Positions 18,195-27,000 of a stretch of 64,000 nt of DNA are shown here, piece by piece. The DNA comes from Candidatus Multivoradales bacterium (lineage in GTDB: Bacteria > Acidobacteriota > Thermoanaerobaculia > Multivoradales > J023): the NCBI GenBank assembly GCA_965248925.1, contig CBDFLE010000004.1:220748-284747 (forward strand), given 5' to 3'. The notes beneath the pieces are model-generated. The model made no database searches. It worked only from the letters and a program-made list of their open reading frames with translations, and was not told the origin of the DNA. The number at the start of each line of letters is the position of its first letter. The first letter of the stretch is position 1. A program made the translations under genes and the position numbers.

Positions 18195-18778
18195 AGATGG
18201 TTTCTTATACTTGGAAGCACTGTTGGCTTTTTGTCCTCTTGGTTCTTCTTTTGGCAATGATGCCTGATATCCATGCGTCGGAGCTTCTTCCTACGCAGGT
18301 AGCTGGCACGGAAGAAGTCTATCTGTCTCTACGAGTTGATCTTGCTTTTGAGGAGAAGTGGCCAGGAATTAGTAGTTCTCTCGAACAGCGAGCGCGTGAG
18401 CTGCTGGCAGAAGGAGGCATCGCCATCGCTCCACCCTTCCGGGTTGTCGAACGGGCAGGACTTCCCGGCCGAACTCTCGTTATCGAGATTAGTTTCATTG
18501 TACTTGATCGAAGGCAGGGTTGTGATATGGCAGCGATCCTCTTTGAGCTTGATCTCAAGGAGTGGGTAGAGCTGAGTCGACCTCCAGAAGTGAAGGCGAA
18601 AGGGGGCGGGAAGGCTTGGGTTTCGGTATGGGGAGACCGCGATAGCGCTTGGCTAAAGATGGATGATATCAGAGCTGAAGTTGAAGAAGATTTGGAGTTT
18701 TATATCAACTATTTCGTAAAGCAAGTCGAACTCGCAAATGGGGTCGTGGCCCGTCCCCCACGTCCACAATCAGACTAG
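18191..18778 (+). CDS. Putative immunity protein 1 with signal peptide
   Basis: ATGA overlap with the rhs stop; lower GC; hydrophobic N-terminus ending IHA. Confidence 0.75.
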   Translation: MKMVSYTWKHCWLFVLLVLLLAMMPDIHASELLPTQVAGTEEVYLSLRVDLAFEEKWPGISSSLEQRARELLAEGGIAIAPPFRVVERAGLPGRTLVIEISFIVLDRRQGCDMAAILFELDLKEWVELSRPPEVKAKGGGKAWVSVWGDRDSAWLKMDDIRAEVEEDLEFYINYFVKQVELANGVVARPPRPQSD

Positions 18779-18830
18779 CCCTACTTAGTCAGATTGTCCG
18801 CCCTCAGAAAGCGTCCCGTCCGCCGCGTCC
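18747..18830 (+). repeat. End-motif cluster 1 (degenerate copy at 18747, fragment at 18795, full copy at 18813)
   Basis: TGGCCCGTCCCCCACGTCCACAATCA and GTCCCGTCCGCCGCGTCCGCGATCAAAATCG. Confidence 0.75.
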
Positions 18831-19038
18831 GCGATCAAAATCGTAGCCAAACGGCCACTTTATTGGTCGCCTGCCTTCGTTGATGGACCCGCTCCTTGTC
18901 GCTCCTCTTCAGCTCACGCCGAGAATTTCCCAGACCGACGGCGATCTTCGCTAGCTGCCGAGAATCCGAGGCGCCTGAGCGAGCCTCACCGTGGACAGCG
19001 CGTCGCAGCAGCCCATCAACTCGCCAGCCTGAGCCGCT

Positions 19039-19952
19039 CTACTTGGGCGCATAGAAGCCAGAGAGCACTCCTTGCCAGGCGGTCATGAATCGTAGGTGCC
19101 CCCGTGAGGGCTTGCGGCCGGTCCAGATCTCGGCTGGCGTGTAGCCATCGAGGCTTTGGTGCGGGCGCAGTTCGTTGTACCAAAACCGGAAGACATCCAG
19201 CTGCCGCTGGGCCTTGCGGCCCGCTGGCAGCGGCTCGCGCCGCCGCCGCAGGCGCTCTTTGAAGGTACCGAAGAACCGTTCGACGCGGCCGTTCTGCCAG
19301 GGCGAGGCCACCTGAGTTCGCTGGTGGCGAATACCCAGTATGGCCAGCGAAAGCCGGAAGATCCAAGATGTAAAGACTGGCTCGTTGTCAGTGCGCAAGC
19401 ACTTTGGCTTGCCGCATAGCTCGATCGCGTTGAGCAGCTGGCGAACCAGCTCAATGGAGGCTTTGGTCTTCACCGTCTGAAGGCACAAGCAGAGCCGAGT
19501 GCCGTGATCCAGCAGGCCGAGAATCATCTCTTTCTTGCTGGCGGTGTTGTCAGCGTAGGTGAGATCGGCGGCCCAGATCAGCCGCTTGCCGATGATTCCA
19601 GGTTTTCTCCTGCGATCTTCCGGCGCCAAGCGAGAATCTCCAGCTGGTGCTCGTTGAAGATCTTCGCAACGTAGCTCTTGCCCACCGTCATTCGGCGATG
19701 GCGGTAGTTGCGATTGAAGGCTGCCGCGATGGCGCGGCAGCCATCGTCGGGCTGCAACGCCTTGAGCCGAATCACCGCTTGGCGCACCCACTTGGGCTTG
19801 GGCCGGCAGAAGCCGCGATAGGTCGTTGGGCCGCGTGGACACCCAGCTCGGCGGCGGTGCTTCGCCCTGGGTTGCTGGGCGAGCGAAATGAGCGCAAGAA
19901 TCAGAACCAACACGAAGGCACAGAGCAGGATGCCGGCAAGGTCGGGAGTCAT
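19039..19952 (-). pseudogene. rve/DDE integrase-core protein with a 1-nt frameshift near 19613
   Basis: Split into two ORFs; TGCGATC here versus TGCGGATC in the intact copy at 49074-49988; could be a sequencing error. Confidence 0.8.
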
Positions 19953-20002
19953 TCCTTGAGAATACAGATCTAACGCAGCCTAGCCAGAGGTGCCGCGCTT
20001 CC

Positions 20003-20470
20003 TCACGTATCACCTCCCGAATGCCAGAAGCCCGGCTTGTGTAGCTCCAGCACGAAGTCCACCTTGGCGGCCCTCCTCTCGTAGTCACGCCGCTCCTTCG
20101 CCGCCGCGATCCTGGCGGCGATCTCGCTGGCCAGGTGCTCTCCCTTGCCGGGTCGCGTGGGCAGGGCTTCCCTGGCCACATCGCGGAGGACTTGCTCCAC
20201 CAGCGCCCGGTCCTTCTTCTTCGGGTCGCTAGCGTGGTTGAGAAACCACAGGATCAGCGCCGCGGGCTCGAGGAAGCGGTGGTTGACCGCGGCCAGGAAG
20301 GCCGCGGTCAGCTCTTCGATCGGCGCGCCGGCAGAAAGCTTTATCTCGGCCAGGCTGTCGATGCTGGAGTGATTGAGTCGCTGGTTGGCGCCGGTGATCT
20401 GAGCGGCGATCTGGCGTGCTGCCTGGTGGATCTGTTCGGCGGTCATCGGCTTTCTGGACAGGGTGGCCAT
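20003..20470 (-). CDS. Hypothetical protein (155 aa) of the module
   Basis: GAGGAG RBS; conserved in all module copies directly upstream of the integrase. Confidence 0.75.
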   Translation of the reverse strand: MATLSRKPMTAEQIHQAARQIAAQITGANQRLNHSSIDSLAEIKLSAGAPIEELTAAFLAAVNHRFLEPAALILWFLNHASDPKKKDRALVEQVLRDVAREALPTRPGKGEHLASEIAARIAAAKERRDYERRAAKVDFVLELHKPGFWHSGGDT

Positions 20471-20492
20471 TCTGGTGCTCCTCCTCGGTAAT

Positions 20493-20630
20493 CTATTGTT
20501 GGCGGATATTGACGCCGAAGCCGATGGCCATGGTTTCGATGGCTTGGGCCAGGGCGATGTGTTGCTCGGTGAGTTCGGTCTCCGGAGCGCCTGGCAGCTT
20601 GAGGGTCAGCAAAGTGCCTCGTAGATGAAT
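20493..20630 (-). pseudogene. 3' remnant of PCD-like protein 2
   Basis: About 180 bp (equivalent to ~576-756), including the start codon, is missing relative to module A. Confidence 0.65.
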
Positions 20631-20639
20631 TCCTTAAGG

Positions 20640-21005
20640 TCATGGTTCAAGAAAAAGCACCCTCCGGGCAGCAGGGACTGATTCTGCCCGGAGGGGTGGA
20701 GTTGCCGTGGTTGGGGAGGGACCACCACGGCCATCACAGGGACTCAGGGAGCGAGCGAGGTCGAAATCTTCCGGCCGCAGACGGGCCGGCGCCGCCGGCC
20801 CGATCCGTACCGAGACCCAGCGGCCGACCATCGCGGCTCTGGGTTCTAGGTTGGTGAGTTCACCGCGATAGAACACCCACTCGACGAAGATCAGGGAATC
20901 GCGCCAAGAGTCAAAGAGATATTTGCGGGTGATCTTTTGTTGCCCCTTGATTTGTCGCCAAACGGGTAGGGCACTCAGGGCCTGTTGGATCTCTTCGTCG
21001 GTCAT
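20640..21005 (-). CDS. PCD/DCoH-like protein 1 (module B)
   Basis: Nearly identical to 763-1125; AGGAG RBS before MTDEEIQQ. Confidence 0.75.
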   Translation of the reverse strand: MTDEEIQQALSALPVWRQIKGQQKITRKYLFDSWRDSLIFVEWVFYRGELTNLEPRAAMVGRWVSVRIGPAAPARLRPEDFDLARSLSPCDGRGGPSPTTATPPLRAESVPAARRVLFLEP

Positions 21006-21286
21006 CGCTCTCTCCTTGGGTCTAGGAGATCGTAGGTCCAATGTGTCAGATCTGCGCAAACAGTCCGGGCTTCGCTATAGCCTGAAGCGGGGCACCTGAG
21101 AATCCCTCCTTTCTGGTCTGCTTGGGTGTTAAAGAACTCGGTTTCGGACAATAGGCGCGCACTGTGCTGACATGGGTGCTGATTCTCGTGCAGCTTTGAT
21201 GTTTTTCGCGCCAAAATCTCGGCGAAAGCTCTGCGTGGGCTATACTTTGCTCCTGAGCCAACTATCTGGAGGGGTGTATGTCAGAA

Positions 21287-22559
21287 CACTGCTGTCCCGT
21301 TAACTTCCGACGATTACCAGTTGTCTTTCGTCTAGTCCTGGGATCGGCGGCGGCTCTCGTTTCAAGAGGGCCATGAGGTCGCGGCGCTCAAAGAGGTTCA
21401 ATTGAAGGAGGCGCAAGGCCTCCCGTAAACTACTGGAAAGACGGTGCTTGTGCTTGATGAAAGCGAGCAATAGGTAGACGCACATGGCGATCCAAAGCTG
21501 AGTCAGCACGGCGTTGCGGCTGGTGCCGACGAAAGTCTTGATCTTCAGATTCTGCTTGATCCACTTGAAGAAGAGTTCAATTTGCCAACGTTCGTGGTAG
21601 ATATCGGCAATGGTCTGAGGTGACAGGCGGAACAGGTTCGTCAAGAAATAGTAGATCTTGCCGGTCTCAGGGTCGCGATAGCCTACTCTCCGCAGAGGCA
21701 TCGGGCAGTCACGACACGCCTTCACACCGGTCCATTCGATCGTTTGGTCGCTCATCAAACCCTTGGAACGATTGACTCTTCGACGTTCGGTCACGCGGTA
21801 CTTGGCCCCGCGCTTCAGACGGGTCACAAAGAAAAGACCCTTCTCGCTCAGCTGACGAAACCAGCTGTAGCTGTTGTAACCACGATCACAAGCTACGATG
21901 CTTCCTCGTGGCAGCGTCAGGCTCTTGCAGCCCGCGATGTCACCTGTTTTTCCATCCGAGATCGCAACGAAGGCAGGCAAGTAGCCACCGTGATCCAACC
22001 CCACATGCAGCTTGATCGCTCCCTTGGTCGTACGAAACTTCGCCCATGGGAATATCGACAGACAGAGGTCTATCACCGAGGCGTCAAGCGAGAACAAGCG
22101 GTTCTTGAACCGGAACGTATGCTTGGGCGCCACTGCCTGAGCATGCCCCAGAAGTCTCCCAAATAGCTCTTCAAAAAGGAGATAGGGCTTCTCTTCGTTG
22201 ATCCGTGCCAAGTTAGATCGCGACAGGACTCGGCAGCCGAGATGGTAGAGCTTGTGCCGCTGCGCTCGTAGATTGTCAACGATGTCGCGCAAGCTAGAAC
22301 GCCCGGACAGCTGGGCCATCATCAGAGCCACCAGCTGCGACCAGCGGCTCGCAGTGCGGAACTGGCGACCGGCGTGGTGGCGTTTTGCGAGGGCCTCGAA
22401 TTCATGTCTCGAAATCAGTTGCAGTAGCTGGGCGAAGACGGTGCTATGATGTGCCAAGGCTCAGATCTCCCTTTGATTCAGCCGTTTAGCGATGACTGAT
22501 TCTATCAAGACCAGGGAGGTTTGAGCCTATTTTTCTGCGAAGTTAACGGGACAGCAGTG
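21287..22559 (-). mobile_element. IS4-family insertion sequence, 1273 bp
   Basis: Perfect 21-bp terminal IR CACTGCTGTCCCGTTAACTTC; 9-bp target duplication ATGTCAGAA at 21278-21286 and 22560-22568. Confidence 0.93.
21300..22457 (-). CDS. IS4-family DDE transposase (DUF4372-type N-terminus)
   Basis: SLDASVIDL, IKLHVGLD, ACDRGY and Y..RWQIELFFKWIKQNL (YREK) motifs. Confidence 0.93.
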   Translation of the reverse strand: MAHHSTVFAQLLQLISRHEFEALAKRHHAGRQFRTASRWSQLVALMMAQLSGRSSLRDIVDNLRAQRHKLYHLGCRVLSRSNLARINEEKPYLLFEELFGRLLGHAQAVAPKHTFRFKNRLFSLDASVIDLCLSIFPWAKFRTTKGAIKLHVGLDHGGYLPAFVAISDGKTGDIAGCKSLTLPRGSIVACDRGYNSYSWFRQLSEKGLFFVTRLKRGAKYRVTERRRVNRSKGLMSDQTIEWTGVKACRDCPMPLRRVGYRDPETGKIYYFLTNLFRLSPQTIADIYHERWQIELFFKWIKQNLKIKTFVGTSRNAVLTQLWIAMCVYLLLAFIKHKHRLSSSLREALRLLQLNLFERRDLMALLKREPPPIPGLDERQLVIVGS

Positions 22560-23900
22560 ATGTCAGAAGCTCTATTTCTATCCGACTATCAGCAGCTTCT
22601 AACCACGCTGAGAGTGCATGTGCGGCGCCATCCGAGGTCACTTCAAGCTATTGAGAGGCAGCTTGGGTGGTCGCGCTCCTACCTTTCTCGAAAACTGGCT
22701 GGTGCAATTAGCCTCTCTACAGAGCAGCTGCTAAAGATCCTGAAGATCGTCGACCTGAATCTTAGCGAGCTAGAAGCGAAGGCATCCTGGGTTGATGTCG
22801 AGGGCCTCCTTGAGGGTCTGCTGCCTGAAGGAAGTCGAAATCCAGCTCCGATTGTAGAGTTGCGGCGAGTGGCACGGAAGCTGACCGAGCGGGATTGCAC
22901 TTCAGAGCAGCTGAGGGGGCCAGCAGGGTCACTTATCGAAGTGCTGCATAGGATCGATCGACAGCGCTACAGGGATCCTTGGGCTTCAGCTGGACAGGCA
23001 TTCGCCCTTGCGGTGAAAGTAGCTCCTACTCTCGAAGGGTTGGGAGGCTCTGAGATCTTCTGCAGGGCGGCAAGTGTCTATGCCGCTTCCTGCCGATTGG
23101 GTGGTGCTCCCGAGTACTCAATCCGTGTTCTCTTGGTAGCTCTCTGTTCTTCAGGCCGGCTTCGATCGCGACTGCGGATTTGTCTTCTTCGACAAGCGAG
23201 CTACCTCCTGATGTCGCATGACAGGACTTCAGATGCTCTATTGGTTCTGGATCTGGCTGAAGTTCATTGCCTCAGGTCCGAAGACAGATGGTGCCGCGGG
23301 CGAACCGCTGTTGCAAGAGGCGCTGCTTTGGTCTATCTGGGAGAGTTCGAGGCTGCAGAGCGGTCATTCAGGATAGTGCTGTCGGAGCTTGAAGGGCGGA
23401 TCAACCGCAGGTTTCTTGGCTCTGCGCACCAGGGGCTCGCAAGGATCCATCTTGAGACGGATGATCTTGGGAACGCTGCTCGCGAGCTTGAACGAGCTGG
23501 TAGATTCTTTTCTCAAAGTGATCTCTATAGCCAAGGGAAGTTGGATTGGACTGTCGGTCGTTGGGCTCGCCAATGCGGCCAGAGAGATTTGGCGGAACAG
23601 AAGTTCCGAAGCGCCGTTGGACACCTCTCGTCGATCAATCCGTTCGATTCGGCACTGGCGAGTCTGGACTGGATCGATCTCCTCGTTGAAGTAGGGGAGA
23701 CTGCGGAGGCTGTAGTGATCGCTAGGAACCTGGCGGAGCTTATGGAGCCTCTCAAATCGAACACGATAGCGAGTAATACGATCGTTGCTCTTCGAAGAAA
23801 GGCCAACGCTGGTAGGTTGACGCTGAAGCTGATCGAGATTGCCCGTAAGAGGATCTCTGGTGGGCGGCTCAAAGGCATCCGCCCACCAGAGATATCCTAG
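22560..23900 (+). CDS. XRE-type HTH + TPR regulator (receptor B), separated from its RBS/promoter by the IS4
   Basis: Paralogue of receptor A (HVRRHP, QRY.DPW, INPFD, GIRPP); native GGAGGG RBS is left behind at ~21268. Confidence 0.8.
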   Translation: MSEALFLSDYQQLLTTLRVHVRRHPRSLQAIERQLGWSRSYLSRKLAGAISLSTEQLLKILKIVDLNLSELEAKASWVDVEGLLEGLLPEGSRNPAPIVELRRVARKLTERDCTSEQLRGPAGSLIEVLHRIDRQRYRDPWASAGQAFALAVKVAPTLEGLGGSEIFCRAASVYAASCRLGGAPEYSIRVLLVALCSSGRLRSRLRICLLRQASYLLMSHDRTSDALLVLDLAEVHCLRSEDRWCRGRTAVARGAALVYLGEFEAAERSFRIVLSELEGRINRRFLGSAHQGLARIHLETDDLGNAARELERAGRFFSQSDLYSQGKLDWTVGRWARQCGQRDLAEQKFRSAVGHLSSINPFDSALASLDWIDLLVEVGETAEAVVIARNLAELMEPLKSNTIASNTIVALRRKANAGRLTLKLIEIARKRISGGRLKGIRPPEIS

Positions 23901-23959
23901 CCCTCCGGAGAAATCAGCATCCCGTAGCTCATTTGGTTTTCACGAGATTTAGTTTTCAT
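23897..23959 (-). CDS. Small peptide MKTKSRENQMSYGMLISPEG (20 aa), putative ligand of receptor B
   Basis: Hand-translated; AAGGAGG RBS 6 nt before ATG; stop overlaps the receptor stop (CTAG). Confidence 0.8.
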   Translation of the reverse strand: MKTKSRENQMSYGMLISPEG

Positions 23960-24036
23960 CAGTGACCTCCTTCGCAACGAGCCAAGAGTCGCTGAATTGC
24001 TCTTCTTGGTCCGAAGTCCCGCCCAAACTATATCGA

Positions 24037-27000
24037 CGCAGCTCGGCGATCAGCTGGTGCTGGCGATCTCGGCCAAGCTCACTCCGGGCCAGCCGCTGCG
24101 CCTCGACTTCTCAGAAGCCTTGCAAGAAGAGGCGCCAGGTATCCGGGTCGAGCACGACGGGATGGCGCTGCCGATCACCAAAGAGCCTCTGGGCAGCTGG
24201 GCACAGCTGCGGATCCATGGCGGCTGGCAGGCTGGCAAGACCTACAACTTGCGCCTGGACTCCACCATGGCCGACGCCGCCGGCTTGCCTTGGGATACTG
24301 ACCTGACTCTGCCTTTCGAAGTCGCCGAATCGAGCGCCGGCACTAGCTTCGCGCTCGACGCGGCGCACGACATCGCGCGCCTCGGCTCGTTGCTCTTCGT
24401 GGCCGCCGGCGCCGATGGCCTGGCGGTGCTCGACGCCAGCGACCCGCGCCAGCTGAAGAACTGGCTGGCGGCTGAGACCTACGTCGATCTGGTCTCGGAG
24501 CCAGGTCTACCGGTGCGCGGGGTGGCGACCGACAGCCATGGCCGGGTGGTGGCAGTAGGGGGTGGCGTCGCCCGCCGGGGGGTGCTGCTGATCCTCGATC
24601 CGCAAGAGCTGCCCCAGGGTGCCGCGACGGTGCCCGCGGCGGCGATTCTCGGCCGCACCCTCCTCACCGAGCCCCAGCTGGCTGGCTCGGGTGCCCCGCC
24701 GCTGCTCATCGGGCGGCCGCTGGCGGTCGAGATCTTCAACCGCGATGAGAGCACGAGCTGGACGGTGGGGGAGGTGGTGCCGCCGGGCCTCACCCTGGCT
24801 CCGCCCAGCCCACCGAGCGGCACGGCGGCTGTCTCGCTCACCGTCAGTGGCATGGCGACGGCGGAGCGTCCGGTGACTCTGCGCAACCTCACCACCGGCG
24901 AGCGCGACAGCGCTCGCGTCGGCAGTGCTGGTGGCGGCGGTGCTGGCAGTTTCTCCCTGAGTCTCAGCGTGCGGCGCGGCGACCGCCTGGAGCTACTGCG
25001 CAACGAGCTGTCCTTGGCCTACGTGGCGGGTTACGACGCCGGGGTGGTGACGGTGGATCTGAACGCCGTCGAAGCGGCCGATGAGGAAGTCGACGATCCT
25101 TGGGATGCCTTCGATCTGCTGCGCTACAACACTCACTATTTTGTACCGACCGAGGTGCTGTGCTCGACGTTTGAGAACGATCAGCGCTTCGACGTGATCG
25201 ACGCGCGGGTGCTGCCGGCGGCGTCGGAGGGCGAGCCTTGGAGCGTGCTGGCCCTGGTCGAGAATTATGGCTTGCTGTCGCTGGGTGCCTCGGTCGCTGC
25301 GCCGCTGGACAAGCTGGCCTACCGCGACGCTCTCTGCGGCGAGGTCGACGGCAACCGCAAGCTGGGGGGTCTCGATGTGCTGCCCGGCTACCGCTTCGAC
25401 CGCAACGGCGACGGTGTGCTGGACGACACTGAGCCCGAGCGTGACTACGCGCTGCTCACCAACACCGTCGGTGGCGGCGGTCTTGGCTGGCTGCTGATCG
25501 TCGATGTCACCAAGCGCGATGAGCTGCTTCTTGTGGGCCGCATCGAGCTGCCCGGCCCAGCGACGCGGGTGACTGCTGACCCGGTCGGCCGCCGCGCCCT
25601 GGTCTCAGGCCTCGGTGGCGGGGTCTACATCGTCGACCTCGACCGCTGGCCCGAGCTGGGTGGCGGCGGCGGAACCCCTCAGATCTGGTCGAGCGATCGG
25701 GTGGTCGAGCGCTTGAGCTTTGGCGAGGACGTGCGCGCCCCCACCTTGGTGGCGCCGGAGCTGGGCCTGGCCTTCGCCGGTGGCGTTGCCCGCGGCGTGA
25801 CCCCCATCAGCACCGGCCTGCCGCGCCTGTCGCTGGTGACCAGCGGCCAGCAGGGACTGCGTCGGGTCGCCCGGCTGGCGCCATTTGGCGCGCCTACCGC
25901 GCCGGAGAGTGCCGAGGAGGGAGCGGAAGAAATACCCGGCGTGATCCGCGTGCAGGCGCAGCTTCCTGGTGGCCTGGCCGATGCCGAGGGCAAGATCCGT
26001 GTCGACCTCGCGGGCATCGGCCCCGCCGGTTTGCCGGTGCGCGGCCTCGGCGAGGGGCTGATGGACGAGCCCATGGCCGAGCTGAAAGACGATAAGGCGC
26101 TGGTGCTACAACGGCAGTCGGACAACCCCCTGTCAGAGGGCTACAACGTCTTCCTCTCCGACCCGGTGGTGCTGCTGGCTGACGTGCGCGCCTCGGCGCA
26201 TTTCGAGCGCTCGGAGGCTGAGAAGAAGGTCTGCCGCCGCTGCGACCTGGTGGACGAGGGGGTCTACTCCGCGGCCGATCTACCTCCCAACGAGCTGCAT
26301 GTCGAGCTGCTGTCGGGTCACCAGGTCCGCGCCAGCTACAGCGCCAGCTTCGCCACCAGCCTCAGCGGGCTTTACAACGCCGATCTGCTAGCGGGCTACG
26401 CCGTCATCGCCGACAGTGTGCCCTGGGATCTCAGCCCCTCGCCGCACCAGGAGCCGGTGCTCAATGCCGCCACTAGCGCGATGGCGGCGCCGGGCACCCT
26501 CCTGCACTCAGGAGAGATGACCCGCCAGGCGATCGACCTCAGCCTCCAAGGCCGGGGTTTAGATGTGGCCTTGGTGCGCACCTACCGCAGCCAAACGATC
26601 AGCAACGGCCCCCTCGGCCCGGGCTGGGATCATGGCTACCGCCTGCGCTTGCGGCTCTTGCCCAATGGCGATATCGACTTCTTCGACGGCACTGGCCGCC
26701 GCGAGACCTTCACCTTGGAAGACGACCGCGAGCTGAAGCCGCCAGCCGGCCGTTTCGTCCAGCTCAAGAAGTACGCCGAGGGCTACACCCTGATCGGCAG
26801 CGGCTACCAGCGCTGGCGTTTCGATCGCTGGGGTCGTTTAGTGTCGATGATCGACTCGGTGCGCACCAGCGAAGAGACCGGCAACGAGATCACCTTCCAC
26901 TACGACTCCCACTCGCGCCTGGCGCGAATCCACGACGATCTCGACCGCAACACCTTCCTGCACTACGACGAAGGCCGCCTGGAGAAGATCGTCGACTTCA

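Noticed and set aside
21293-21300. TGTCCCGT inside the IS4 inverted repeat matching the end motif
   Set aside because: Only 8 nt match, the GTCC-N5-GTCC part is absent, and the IS has its own complete IRs and target duplication; probably coincidence.
24008-24025. GTCCGAAGTCCCGCCC near the Rhs B truncation point
   Set aside because: Weak resemblance to the end motif in GC-rich DNA and not exactly at the junction (24037).
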